From assembly GCA_024626585.2 (NCBI GenBank), contig JANKJI020000004.1, positions 70,997,489 through 71,017,260 on the forward strand: a stretch of DNA of 19,772 nt, given 5' to 3'. Of this stretch, positions 1 through 10,431 are shown piece after piece; the first letter of the stretch is position 1, and each line of letters opens with the position of its first letter. The translations under genes and the position numbers were made by a program. Source of the stretch: Ginkgo biloba. Taxonomy: Eukaryota > Plantae > Ginkgophyta. The notes under the pieces are model-generated. The model worked only from the letters and a program-made list of their open reading frames with translations. It did no database searches and was not told the origin of the DNA.

Positions 1-742
1 TTTAACACCTATGGTATTCATGCTAACCATTATTCTTATGCATCATTATTCATGACCACTTTGATGTCCCTTAGTCGACCTTGTGCATTTCATGATTACC
101 CTATGGTTAACCTCAAAGAGTCATTATTATCATATATATACCCCTTTTATATAGATGAGAAAGGGGGGATCTTCCATTATTTAACATCAAATAATGCCTT
201 CTTCCTTTCTCCCCACATGGGGAGGTAATGGAGTTTNNNNNNNNNNNNNNNNNNNNNNNNNNNNNNNNNNNNNNNNNNNNNNNNNNNNNNNNNNNNNNNN
301 NNNNNNNNNNNNCTTGTATCCATTCAGTATATTCTTCTTGATGAGATTTCTCACCACATTTTCATCTCATTTGTTGTTCTCTTTCTTTATGTTGTATTTC
401 TCATTATTTATTTATGTATATGTTATATTAAGGACTCCTTGTGTATAAAGAACCCCCATAGTCCTTTGAATATGTTATTGACAAGTATAACACAGGGGAA
501 GTGATATTTTCCAAAATATATTTTGACGACCATATTAGGGAATGCAATCCATTCCCCAACACTTTCACTTTATGTTGTCATGCATGTGCAGGTCTAGTAT
601 TTGACTCTATTCTTTTCAAGATTTTGTAAGTATTGAATAAGGCAAACAACTAGGTATGTTTCTACATATTGATTGCTAAGTTTGTCTTGGAGAGATTCTG
701 TCCAGATGTGAACTGATCACATATATAATTAAATTGCTGCAG

Positions 743-888
743 GTTTTGGTTCGTAAGTATACTTTGGAAAGACTAGCAGATGTATACAGAGTTTACTGTT
801 TGAAGTGTTTAGATGGTTCTATTACCAATTATGAGTTTGAATGGATCCCTGGGAAAATCATAAGGTGTTGTTATGACAAAGATTTCAG
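743..888 (+). CDS. PDS5: PDS5 exon A (VLVRKYTLERLADVYRVYCLKC...WIPGKIIRCCYDKDFR)
   Basis: Acceptor ttgctgcag ends 742; donor gtcag at 889; 146 nt, phase 0 to 2; conserved PDS5 HEAT-region motif. Confidence 0.93.
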
Positions 889-1114
889 GTCAGATTCTTC
901 AGATGCCATGAAGGTCATGCTACCTTTTCATGTGCCAGTTTTTTATGTCGGCTTCTTTGGATACCAACAGTAAAAGACATTTCATGTTTCTGAACTTCTT
1001 GTGATTATTAAGCGGACATTGTAAACTTTAAGTTAATTTCTTTTACATAATCTATCTAAAGACATCTTATTTTAGATGTGTTACTAAGTTATTGATCTGG
1101 TGCTTTGTTGGCAG

Positions 1115-1264
1115 GCCTCAAGCAATTGAAGTGGTATTCTCTGAATCACTTTTCCCTTCTGAGCTTTCAGTGGCAGAAAGGGTAAAGCATTGGATTATGA
1201 TGTTTTCTGAATTTGGAAAATTTGAGGTGAAGGCTTTTGAGGGAGTTCTGGCACAGAAGCAAAG
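1115..1264 (+). CDS. PDS5: PDS5 exon B (PQAIEVVFSESLFPSELSVAERVKHW...VLAQKQR)
   Basis: Acceptor ggcag ends 1114; donor gttag at 1265; 150 nt, phase 2 to 2. Confidence 0.93.
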
Positions 1265-1404
1265 GTTAGCATTTGTTGGAATCGACTGATTCATTTCTAC
1301 CTTCAGATGCTAATTCTACAGTATCACAATGTCTTGCTTTCCAAGTCTATAGTAATTTGATAGCTTCTGGCAGGATTTTCAGGGCATTTCCTCTTCGATT
1401 GCAG

Positions 1405-1453
1405 GTTACAGCAAGAAATGCAGAACTATTTGTTATTACGGCAAAAGGTGAAG
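1405..1453 (+). CDS. PDS5: PDS5 exon C (LQQEMQNYLLLRQKVK)
   Basis: Acceptor ttgcag ends 1404; donor gttag at 1454 (an in-frame alternative gtgaag lies at 1448); matches the LQQEMQxYL motif. Confidence 0.88.
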
Positions 1454-1554
1454 GTTAGTATGTTTGTGTGTTGTGTTGAAATCAAGTGAGTTTTAGTTAA
1501 TATCCTAAAATGGGAAAGAAAAATAATTAGTCAAAGAACATTTTTGAAATGCAG

Positions 1555-1746
1555 GAAGATAATGCACCTGACCTCCAAAAACGACTTCTCAGCTGCTTCA
1601 AAACCATGTCAGGGTCTTTTAAGGATCCTGAAAAGGCAGAGGAAGGATTTCAAAAGCTGAATCAAATGAAAGATAACCATGTTTGGAAGGCACTAACAAG
1701 CTTACTTGATCCCGGCATGACTTTCTTTCAAGCTCAAGCAACTCGT
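1555..1746 (+). CDS. PDS5: PDS5 exon D (EDNAPDLQKRLLSCFKTMS...WKALTSLLDP...QATR)
   Basis: Acceptor atgcag ends 1554; donor gtaggt at 1747; 192 nt, phase 0 to 0. Confidence 0.92.
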
Positions 1747-2571
1747 GTAGGTTTTCAGTAGTCNNNNNNNNNNNNNNNNNNNNNNNNNNNNNNNNNNNNN
1801 NNNNNNNNNNNNNNNNNNNNNNNNNNNNNNNNNNNNNNNNNNNNNNNNNNNNNNNNNNNNNNNAACTTTATATGTTGAGCCCACATTCATATGATTAATG
1901 TAGTAGCTTGTGTTTGACCTTTGGGTGACTACAACTATCTATCAATAGTATGTTTTCTTAGTTTTTGGTAACATAATGATTCTCATTAGCTTTTTGTTTG
2001 TACCCTTCATTAATTGTTCCAAGTACAACCTTTTTTAAAACTATAGGGGGGGACTAGTCATTGTTAATAGAAGGATACCCAAGGTCTTGTTAGAAATCCT
2101 AGCCAACTTATTATGAAGGTCATCCGCGTTAAATAGTTTTGTNNNNNNNNNNNNNNTGTCTTCTCACCATTAAAATTTTATCTCATTCCTCCTCCTCCCC
2201 GTAGCCCCCCAAAAATGCAAAAAAAAAAGAGAGAAGAAAAAAGAAACAATAGTTTCTTATCGACTTAAGTTCCTACCCTTTCATAATCTCATCAACTTGA
2301 GTTCCCATTTGTTCATTAGACCTATCTTTTCCAACCTGTACTTGTATTTTTATTTTATCGTCATTTCTTTGGTCCTTTTTTTCATTGAAATTTTCTCCTT
2401 GAGTAGTATTTGTTGTAAAAATCCATGAGCACAATGTTCAACTAGGACCTGGGTAGTCACAAAAAGATTGTAATCTGAGTGACATCAATGTTGCAGCTGA
2501 TGTGTTCATGTTCTTCTATTGGATTATTACCCAAGGAAGCTTCTTAATGGTTTTGTACTTGTTCTCTGCAG

Positions 2572-2734
2572 ATTGACCTGCTTAAACGACTTGGTGATAA
2601 ACATCCACAATATGAGTTTATAAGAATACTTGCTTTTTGGTAAGGAGCATGTGAAAGAAATGCTTAAAGAGATTGCAGTAAACAAGTCAGCCGGTAAAGA
2701 TGACTTGATCCATGCAAGCATGAATCTACTTGTG
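2572..2734 (+). CDS. PDS5: PDS5 exon E, frameshifted (IDLLKRLGDKHPQYEFIRILA / YLLFGKEHVKEMLKEI...ASMNLLV)
   Basis: Acceptor ctctgcag ends 2571; donor gtgagt at 2735. The exon is 163 nt (3n+1) between phase-0 neighbours. The entry frame hits TAA at 2641 and PDS5 homology continues in the +1 frame. Confidence 0.88.
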
Positions 2735-3533
2735 GTGAGTAAAATTTACTGATTTTAGATTCTTTTTTCGGACCATGATGTTCATTAACCTGAAAAATTA
2801 ACATCATAAGGAATGAGCAAATGAATCCACATGTTCTCAGGGATAGAATAAACACCAAAACATCTTACTCAAATGATGTAGTAAAAGATAATTTTGGATT
2901 GAAAAGTGAGAGCAATGACTCACAGATACGATTAAATGATTTGACCTAATATTATATTAGTAACACACTAATAGCTTCATATGAGAATGGATACCCCCAT
3001 GTCTGCAAGTGATATGCAACAGGGACAATCCAAAGAGGGAACATCTCTAAAAGCTTGTCCACTTTTGTTTGGATTCACTCCACGTGAAAGGCACAAGGCC
3101 AGGAGGTTCAAAGCTTCCTGGGTGACTTCTCAAGAGTGCCTATGCCTGTTTGCACTCATCTGTATTGAAATGAACTTTTGCCAAAAAAAACAAAAAACAA
3201 AAACCAAAAAAATTTCAGAAAAGAAAATTGACCTTTCACAAAACATTAACACAAAGTGGGATAAGTAAAGTAGCTTGATATAAGCCAGTGCAGTTCTACC
3301 TGGTCATTACAATGCTCAACTAGCAATTGATTAACTTTTGATTTGCTTGGGCAATTATTTACGAGGGTGAGCGCTGGCAGAGGGGGGGTGGTGTGTGGGA
3401 AGGAGAAGTGGAAGTGTCCCGGGAGGGACAGATCCGGGAGGATCTCAGGCTGGAGAGGGAGAAGGGGCTGGTGCCCTGAAGGGAGCAGGTGAAGGGCTTG
3501 CGGAGCCCGTGGGATCTTTGGAGGCCCACACGG

Positions 3534-3730
3534 GCTCTGGGCAGGGATGAGTGGGAAACAACCATGAAGGCTTAGTATGATGCACTCATGAAGAACAAGA
3601 CCTGGAGATTGGTAGACTTGCCTCCTGATAAGAAACCCATTGGCTGCAAATGGGTGTATAAAGTCAAGTACAAGGAAGATGGGTCACTTGACAAGTAGAA
3701 AGCAAGGTTGGTGGTCAAGGGCTTTGCATA
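3534..3730 (+). mobile_element. Ty1/copia LTR-retrotransposon reverse transcriptase (RVT_2 N-terminus) fragment, decayed, in PDS5 intron E-F
   Basis: Translates ALGRDEWETTMKA*YDALMKNKTWRLVDLPPDKKPIGCKWVYKVKYKEDGSLDK*KARLVVKGFA, the canonical copia RT start; two stops; runs into the N gap 3731-4304. Confidence 0.93.
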
Positions 3731-4737
3731 NNNNNNNNNNNNNNNNNNNNNNNNNNNNNNNNNNNNNNNNNNNNNNNNNNNNNNNNNNNNNNNNNNNNNN
3801 NNNNNNNNNNNNNNNNNNNNNNNNNNNNNNNNNNNNNNNNNNNNNNNNNNNNNNNNNNNNNNNNNNNNNNNNNNNNNNNNNNNNNNNNNNNNNNNNNNNN
3901 NNNNNNNNNNNNNNNNNNNNNNNNNNNNNNNNNNNNNNNNNNNNNNNNNNNNNNNNNNNNNNNNNNNNNNNNNNNNNNNNNNNNNNNNNNNNNNNNNNNN
4001 NNNNNNNNNNNNNNNNNNNNNNNNNNNNNNNNNNNNNNNNNNNNNNNNNNNNNNNNNNNNNNNNNNNNNNNNNNNNNNNNNNNNNNNNNNNNNNNNNNNN
4101 NNNNNNNNNNNNNNNNNNNNNNNNNNNNNNNNNNNNNNNNNNNNNNNNNNNNNNNNNNNNNNNNNNNNNNNNNNNNNNNNNNNNNNNNNNNNNNNNNNNN
4201 NNNNNNNNNNNNNNNNNNNNNNNNNNNNNNNNNNNNNNNNNNNNNNNNNNNNNNNNNNNNNNNNNNNNNNNNNNNNNNNNNNNNNNNNNNNNNNNNNNNN
4301 NNNNGTTAGTTATTTGAGGAGGACTGAACTATATATTGTAACATTCCAATGGAAGTAATGAATGAAAATCATTACAAATGTTTCTGTTGTTCTACATCTC
4401 TGTTATCCTCCTGATAGGAACAAGATTTGAAGAATGGAAGATAACTTCACAAAATAAGACATTTATAAACTTTATAACCTAATAATCAGACATAACTACA
4501 AAACTTAATAGCCCTATAATAAGGCATTGTGAGTATAGGAATAAAATTGTTTAATTTACAGGGTCCCTTAGTTTATTTGTGGAATTATGTTGTTAAGTGC
4601 CTTTTCCTGATACTTCAGTGTATCTGCCAGTTAAAAGTTTGTAGTCTTTTCATTATGACATGTTTATTATGTCATGATTCTAATTTTAATTTTGCCTTTT
4701 ATATTTTAAACTCTATTTCAACTTTTTGGTCTTTTAG

Positions 4738-4892
4738 CTTTTTGCGGGTTTTTCCCCTCTGCTGGTTAAGGGGACAGAAGGAGATTTGCTTCAGCTGCTT
4801 AAGGAGGATAATGAATGCATTAAAGAAGGTATTGTGCACATTCTCGCAAGGGTTGGTGGGTCTATCCAAGAACAAGTGACAGAGACAACTAG
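4738..4892 (+). CDS. PDS5: PDS5 exon F (LFAGFSPLLVKGTEGDLLQLLKEDNECIKEGIVHILARVGGSIQEQVTETT)
   Basis: Acceptor cttttag ends 4737; donor gtaag at 4893; 155 nt, phase 0 to 2. Confidence 0.9.
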
Positions 4893-5009
4893 GTAAGATG
4901 AATTTGCAGCATCAATAAACCTGACTGATCCTAAATTTTTATTGAAGTATGTAATTGTACTCTAGTTCCAATAACCTGTACTAAGTTGCACTTATTGGAC
5001 GTACTGCAG

Positions 5010-5286
5010 CTCAGTAGATCTTTTGCTTGAAACACTGTGCATAGAGGGTAGTCAGAAGTAGGCCAAGTATGCTGTGCAAGCACTTGCTGCAATAACAAAG
5101 GATGCTGGACTTAAGGCACTTTTTGTATTATATAAACGACTTGTGGATATGTTGGAGAGTGGCACACATTTTCCAACAATATTATAATCATTAGGCTGTA
5201 TTGCCCAGAATGCAATGCCAGTTTTTGAAACTCGAGAGGAGGACGTAGTTCAATTTGTCTGTGACAAACTTCTTCCTCGGAGCAGT
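5010..5286 (+). CDS. PDS5: PDS5 exon G with two in-frame stops (SVDLLLETLCIEGSQK*AKYAVQ...HFPTIL*SLGCIAQNAMPVFETRE...)
   Basis: Acceptor actgcag ends 5009; donor gtatgt at 5287. TAG 5059-5061 and TAA 5185-5187 fall where homologues have Gln (RKQAKYA, LQSLGCIAQ). Confidence 0.9.
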
Positions 5287-5438
5287 GTATGTTTTAAACT
5301 ATAAACAATTTTTATGTGTTNNNNNNNNNNNNNNNNNNNNNNNNNNNNNNNNNNNNNNNNNNNNNNNNNNNNNNNNNNNNNNNNNNNNNNNNNNNNNNNN
5401 NNNNNNNNNNNNNNNNNNNNNNNNNNNNNNNNNNNNNN

Positions 5439-5452
5439 AATGCTTGTTGAAG
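5439..5452 (+). CDS. PDS5: PDS5 exon H, 3' end only (...CLLK); 5' part lies in the N gap
   Basis: aa tgc ttg ttg aag followed by consensus donor gtaagt at 5453; precedes IYGIKTL as in homologues. Confidence 0.8.
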
Positions 5453-5678
5453 GTAAGTAGACATCCAGATTTTGGTGTTTTTGGTTTGTTAATGATTCGT
5501 TTTACATTAGTTTCATGAATTTGAAATGCTCATTTTAAGAAATACCAGTGAACTTGATAACATGGCAATCTGGTTCCCAATATATTTGTGTTTATTTGCT
5601 AAGTAAACTGAAGAAATTGGTTATACTATACATCATCGATTGTATGTTGCTTGTGTGTTGCTTTGTGCTTTAATGCAG

Positions 5679-5815
5679 ATCTATGGTATTAAGACTCTTG
5701 TGAAAAGCTACTTGCCTAACAAAGATGCTCATCTACGTCAAAACATTAAAGCTCTTTTGGGGATACTTGGAAAGCTTCTTACTTCTGGAGAAATATCCAA
5801 GGATGTAGTGTCAAG
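5679..5815 (+). CDS. PDS5: PDS5 exon I (IYGIKTLVKSYLPNKDAHLR...GEISKDVVS)
   Basis: Acceptor atgcag ends 5678; donor gtacat at 5816; 137 nt, phase 0 to 2. Confidence 0.93.
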
Positions 5816-6683
5816 GTACATGGCATCCAACTCTGAATGTTAAAAGATTTTGCAGCTGTAAATGGCAATGAAGATAACCCTTTATGTATATGCTGAAATG
5901 CATAAACTACAATGCATGTAACAGAGAGAATCTAGAGTTACATTTTGAGAGAGACAGCCTGGCTCATAGATTCTGCATTAGTCAGATCATCTCTCAGAGA
6001 AGCACACACAGCTCTATGCCCTTCTGTAGATTTTGGTAGGGGGATTTTTTTTTCTCACATTTTTTTCCTTTTCTTTCTTTGCAAATTGTTTAATTGGCTA
6101 TAGCTTCTGACCTTTCAAACCTACCATCAGCCTCTTTTATCTTTTTTTTCTGTATACGATGGACTTAGATTGGAGATGGTTCGGGCAGTGTTTTTGGATC
6201 AACTGTCATAAAATTCCACCTGGTGTCTGTTATGTAATTTGTCATTGACAATAATGCAATTTTGTTTTTTATTCTTTTATTTATTTCCTCCAATTTATTG
6301 ATTTTCTGAGATTTATTTATATGTATTGTAGTGATACAAGAGTTTATGCTTTCCGTTCAGGCTTTGGGGATTATGGCTACATTGCTGGTGACTTTAATCA
6401 GAACAATCTTATCATCGGACAAAAAGCACTGCATGCCAAATGAGTAAGGCTTTACAAGCAAGACTCTGTCCTCCAGTAACCTGCCCTTTTTGATTCATAA
6501 CTTTTGGTAGGACGAGGCTTGTTCTCTCTCATTCTTGATCTGTTAATACTTTGTTTGCCAATTATTTATTTGGCTATAGTTGGTGACCTTTCAAATCTTC
6601 CATCTTCGCTTTGTGTATGAATTGTAGATGCTATACTTGATAGGCTTCGATTGTAGATGCTTCAGGAAGTCATTCACGTACTA

Positions 6684-6875
6684 TCACATAGTTCTACTTG
6701 GTAACTGGTTTTTAATCATTTGTGGACAATAATTCAATATCATTTTTCTGCTTGTTTAGTTCCTCCAATTAATCTTCCTGTCACATAATTCTACTTGGTA
6801 ATTGGTTTTTAATCATTTGTGGACTAATTCAATATCATTTTTCCACTTGTTTAGTTCCTTCAATTCATCTTCCTG
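6684..6875 (+). repeat. Tandem duplication, 2 x ~96 bp (6684-6780 and 6781-6875)
   Basis: tcacata.ttctacttggtaa.tggtttttaatcatttgtggac...atcttcctg occurs twice head-to-tail with a handful of substitutions and one 2-nt indel. Confidence 0.9.
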
Positions 6876-7592
6876 ACACTCACTCATATAGATTGTAGTG
6901 ATAAAAGGGTTCATGCTTNNNNNNNNNNNNNNNNNNNNNNNNNNNNNNNNNNNNNNNNNNNNNNNNNNNNNNNNNNNNNNNNNNNNNNNNNNNNNNNNNN
7001 NNNNNNNNNNNNNNNNNNGATAACATTGCACACAAAGGAATGTTGTGAAGTAATAATAATACCATTAGAAGTTGTAGTTGATATTAACATGTAAGCATAG
7101 ATTATATGCAAACATGTGACTTATTGAATAATGTCACACTATATAGATAATTGTATTCTAGAAGGATTATAAATGAGTGAAGAAGAAGCGAGGAAAGTGT
7201 CACATATCAAGATAATTAAGGAAGAGACATATATGGCAATAAAATAATACAAAATATATTTAAAAAGGCATATAGAAAAGTGAAGAGGCCTTTAAAAGAG
7301 AATGGAGACATTTATAAAAAGGTGGATTTAGGTATAGAAAAGTAAGGAGTGAAATATAGAAAAGGAAAGATAAATCTAAAAGTAGAGGTAATATATATTC
7401 CTTAGAAACACTATATTCTATAAGTTGCATTTGTTGTGGACATAGGAACCATCCAAAATTCTTTTGGTTCCTAGTTTGTTCCTCTTCCAAATGCATAAAC
7501 TTGAAAGCATAGATAAATGAATGAATGACGAGATCAAGTGCTTATGATGACTTATTTAAATTTTCCATGCATGTGATATTGCTATTTTGCAG

Positions 7593-7710
7593 TGAGGTTG
7601 ACAAAGCTCATCTAAGGCTTGCTGCTGCCAAATCGGTCTTGCGATTGTCAAGGCATTGGGATTCTCAAATAAGTCCTGATCTTTTTTATTTGACATTGAG
7701 AATTGCACAG
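7593..7710 (+). CDS. PDS5: PDS5 exon J (EVDKAHLRLAAAKSVLRLSRHWD...LTLRIAQ)
   Basis: Acceptor ttttgcag ends 7592; donor gtcgga at 7711; 118 nt, phase 2 to 0. Confidence 0.93.
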
Positions 7711-8010
7711 GTCGGATTGCTTTGCTTTGACATGTTCTCCTCAATTTTTTGGATATGGTGAAGCTTTTATTTGTATAATGATGGATACTCTATCTTCCCT
7801 AGTTTTGAACTATTTATGCATAGGGAGCTGCAATAACATTTCGATTCATTATCTATATGCACTTGAGAACTTTTATTACCTACTGATTGGTTAGTGTTTT
7901 GCATTCTGATGACAAGTCTGGAAAGATTTGATGCATTTGTGTTAGGAATATCAAAGTGCTCATTTGATGCATTTATTAGCTACTGATAACAGTTCTCTTT
8001 AAGGTGTCAG

Positions 8011-8145
8011 GATACTTATCCCGAAGTTAGGAAAGAATTTATTGTTAAAGTGCATCAATATCTGAAAGTGCGGACCCTCGATCCTAAATATGCCTGTGCC
8101 TTAGTGCTTGGCATATCTGGAGTAACTGAACATGGACTTGTAGAG
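8011..8145 (+). CDS. PDS5: PDS5 exon K (DTYPEVRKEFIVKVHQYLKVRTLDPKYACAL...GLVE)
   Basis: Acceptor gtcag ends 8010; donor gtaatc at 8146; 135 nt, phase 0 to 0. Confidence 0.9.
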
Positions 8146-8285
8146 GTAATCTGATATTATTTATTTGCATATGTGCAAATTATGGTAGCTCTTCTTTTGT
8201 CAGTTACTTTGGTTAGATTTTTAGTCTCTGTAATGGATTGAAGTTGTGTGAGTTTTGAAATTTTATCTGGAGTGCAACTTTCCAG

Positions 8286-8488
8286 GTCAGGCAATACCTT
8301 GTTGATTTTGTTGAAACATGTCGTCGAGAGGCCCAGTTGCGACAATCCTTTTTGCAACCAGATGGGAACTCACTGGCCACCTTTCCGGAATATGTTTTGG
8401 TTTATCTGGTCCATGCTCTTGCTCATCATCCTGAGTTCCCCGTTAATAATGAAGGTTTATATGCAGAAGCATTTGAATCATTTTATAG
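8286..8488 (+). CDS. PDS5: PDS5 exon L (VRQYLVDFVETCRRE...PEYVLVYLVHALAHHPEFP...ESFYR)
   Basis: Acceptor tttccag ends 8285; donor gtatgt at 8489; 203 nt, phase 0 to 2; PEY...HALAHH motif. Confidence 0.92.
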
Positions 8489-8964
8489 GTATGTTTAGAG
8501 TTATCCATTGTAATCTTGTTTGCTTCCATATGCACGCATGTATTTATGAATGAAATGTTCAAGGAGATCGAATATTCTTGTATTATTATCGTAATAGCAG
8601 GGTCTACATATCTGATAGGGTAGGTTACCAAACCTGGTTTAGATTTTGGGTTAAAAACCGTTGCTAGCGACATTTTCAATCTGCAAACTTTGACAAGCAT
8701 ATTTCAGACCACTATATGAATATCTAAGTTCATTAGTTGTAAATTTCACATACTTGGAGGTAGATTGGTGTGTATATGTGTGCATATTGTTGTGTATATG
8801 CTGCTGAATCTGAATCCCTCAAACCCTAATTTTCAAACAGTACGTCCAAACTTTTGCCTGGTTCTGTAACTGCACCTGCGAATGCTGGTAACTGTTTTTG
8901 TTATATACAGAGCCCATAGGCTGTTGCCTTTACTGAAAATTTCTCAGCCTTCTGTTATTTGCAG

Positions 8965-9118
8965 GCAATTACACTTATTTCTTTCAGTATTGGTGCATGA
9001 AGATGACGATGGACATCGGAGTACAGTGACTAAGGAACAAAATAACATTGCTATAATCATGGCAATATTTCAAACCATCAAGCATGCAGAAGATGCAGTT
9101 GAGAAGTCCAAGTCAGAG
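8965..9118 (+). CDS. PDS5: PDS5 exon M (QLHLFLSVLVHEDDDG...IFQTIKHAEDAVEKSKSE)
   Basis: Acceptor tttgcag ends 8964; donor gtgagg at 9119; 154 nt, phase 2 to 0. Confidence 0.92.
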
Positions 9119-9372
9119 GTGAGGGTTTCTTGCCATACTATTAATCTCAAAGAAAGAAGGAAAAACACGATGGGAGTCAGAATTGCCCTCATTAAACTTA
9201 ATCTCTTATATACCTTGTTGGAAAAGGCAATTCTTACGTTTTTGGTTTTCTTGTATGATACTAAACAGTTTTGATGTGTCTTCATTTGAAATATCTTTTC
9301 CAACTTTCTTATCATCATTGTTATGTAGATTGTTTTTTGTCCATTGTATTCAAAAGTGGATTGCAATTGCAG

Positions 9373-9519
9373 AACCTTTATACCCTGTGTGATATTGGCC
9401 TCTCAATTACAAAGGATTTGGTTCCAAATCAGTTGGGTTTTGGAGACTACATGGGGTCTATCTCACTTCCGGAAATTTTATACAAACCTTACAAGGAGAG
9501 CGAAGGCATGGATTTGAAG
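9373..9519 (+). CDS. PDS5: PDS5 exon N (NLYTLCDIGLSITKDL...ISLPEILYKP...DLK)
   Basis: Acceptor ttgcag ends 9372; donor gtgatt at 9520; 147 nt, phase 0 to 0. Confidence 0.9.
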
Positions 9520-10162
9520 GTGATTGTACTATAATCAATCTGATTTGTTATCTAGTGTTGAATACTAGTAGCTGGTATTCTTTATACCAGAAAAAATTAT
9601 AAATACATTAGAAGAATTTATAAATCAACTCATACGCATCAATTACAAGCAGTGTCCATATAAACTGGGAACCTTTTTGTGTTTGCTATGTTCTGTTCTC
9701 TAGAAACTTGTAAATATTTTCTTGGACGTATTCTACCCTCTTGTGCTATACAATTTAAGTGGGAAAGTGTGGATTTTTAGCATCCGTTTTCTGCTATGAG
9801 GTGAATAGATATCTATTATCACTATCTATCTATTCTCAAATTCTTTAAAGAGGTTGGTGTTTTACCTACATTTTGGTTAGCCTAACTTTCCTCATAATTC
9901 AGTCTCCCCTTCAAGAAGGCATCTCATTTCAATTTTCTAATGCAATAGCTAAATATATCTGCCAATTTAACAGCCCTGCTATCTTTTCTGCTATACGGCC
10001 AGCTACCTCTACCTTGCAAAAGATGGGGATATTGGCCATCAACTCCTGCATGATCTTGCACTCTGGGCAATAAGTGATACTGATTTCTGGTGCTGCCCAT
10101 TTTGTTCATGTTGTATTGGCACTGGTTTGCGTTCATCTGATTTAAGTTGTTATTAATTTCAG

Positions 10163-10240
10163 GCAGAGGGAAGTCATTTACCAGCATGCCTTACTAGTGG
10201 TGATGTTTTTCAATCTTCAAATACAGACCAAGCATGTCAG
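10163..10240 (+). CDS. PDS5: PDS5 exon O (AEGSHLPACLTSGDVFQSSNTDQACQ)
   Basis: Acceptor atttcag ends 10162; consensus donor gtgagt at 10241; 78 nt, open, phase 0 to 0. Weak protein conservation, so supported mainly by splice signals and position. Confidence 0.72.
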
Positions 10241-10431
10241 GTGAGTATTTTCAATTGCATCTCTATTGAGTGTAGCTAATGATCTTCTTCATTAGTTGGT
10301 TAATATAGACACGTGCTTTCATTAGCGTTATAGTGTAAATTTATGGACCCTTTACTCATTTATTATACTCTTCTCCTTCTCTACATGTCTTTAGTCAANN
10401 NNNNNNNNNNNNNNNNNNNNNNNNNNNNNNN

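Noticed and set aside
1-561. Possible LTR remnant ending ccccaaca (561), with a small hairpin gggaatg-caatc-cattccc (538-556)
   Set aside because: No partner LTR, PBS, TSD or coding motif is visible and a gap interrupts it; cannot be supported.
3640-4358. Long ORFs of 216-225 aa
   Set aside because: Artefacts of translating through the N gap; only the copia RT fragment is real.
5059-5187. U-to-C RNA editing or stop-codon readthrough repairing the two Gln-position stops
   Set aside because: Stop-removing U-to-C editing is known from hornwort, lycophyte and fern organelles, but this is a spliceosomal nuclear gene. Editing also could not fix the exon E frameshift.
7019-7500. Purine-rich AT-rich stretch resembling a solo-LTR fragment
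   Set aside because: Composition only; no diagnostic termini or motifs.
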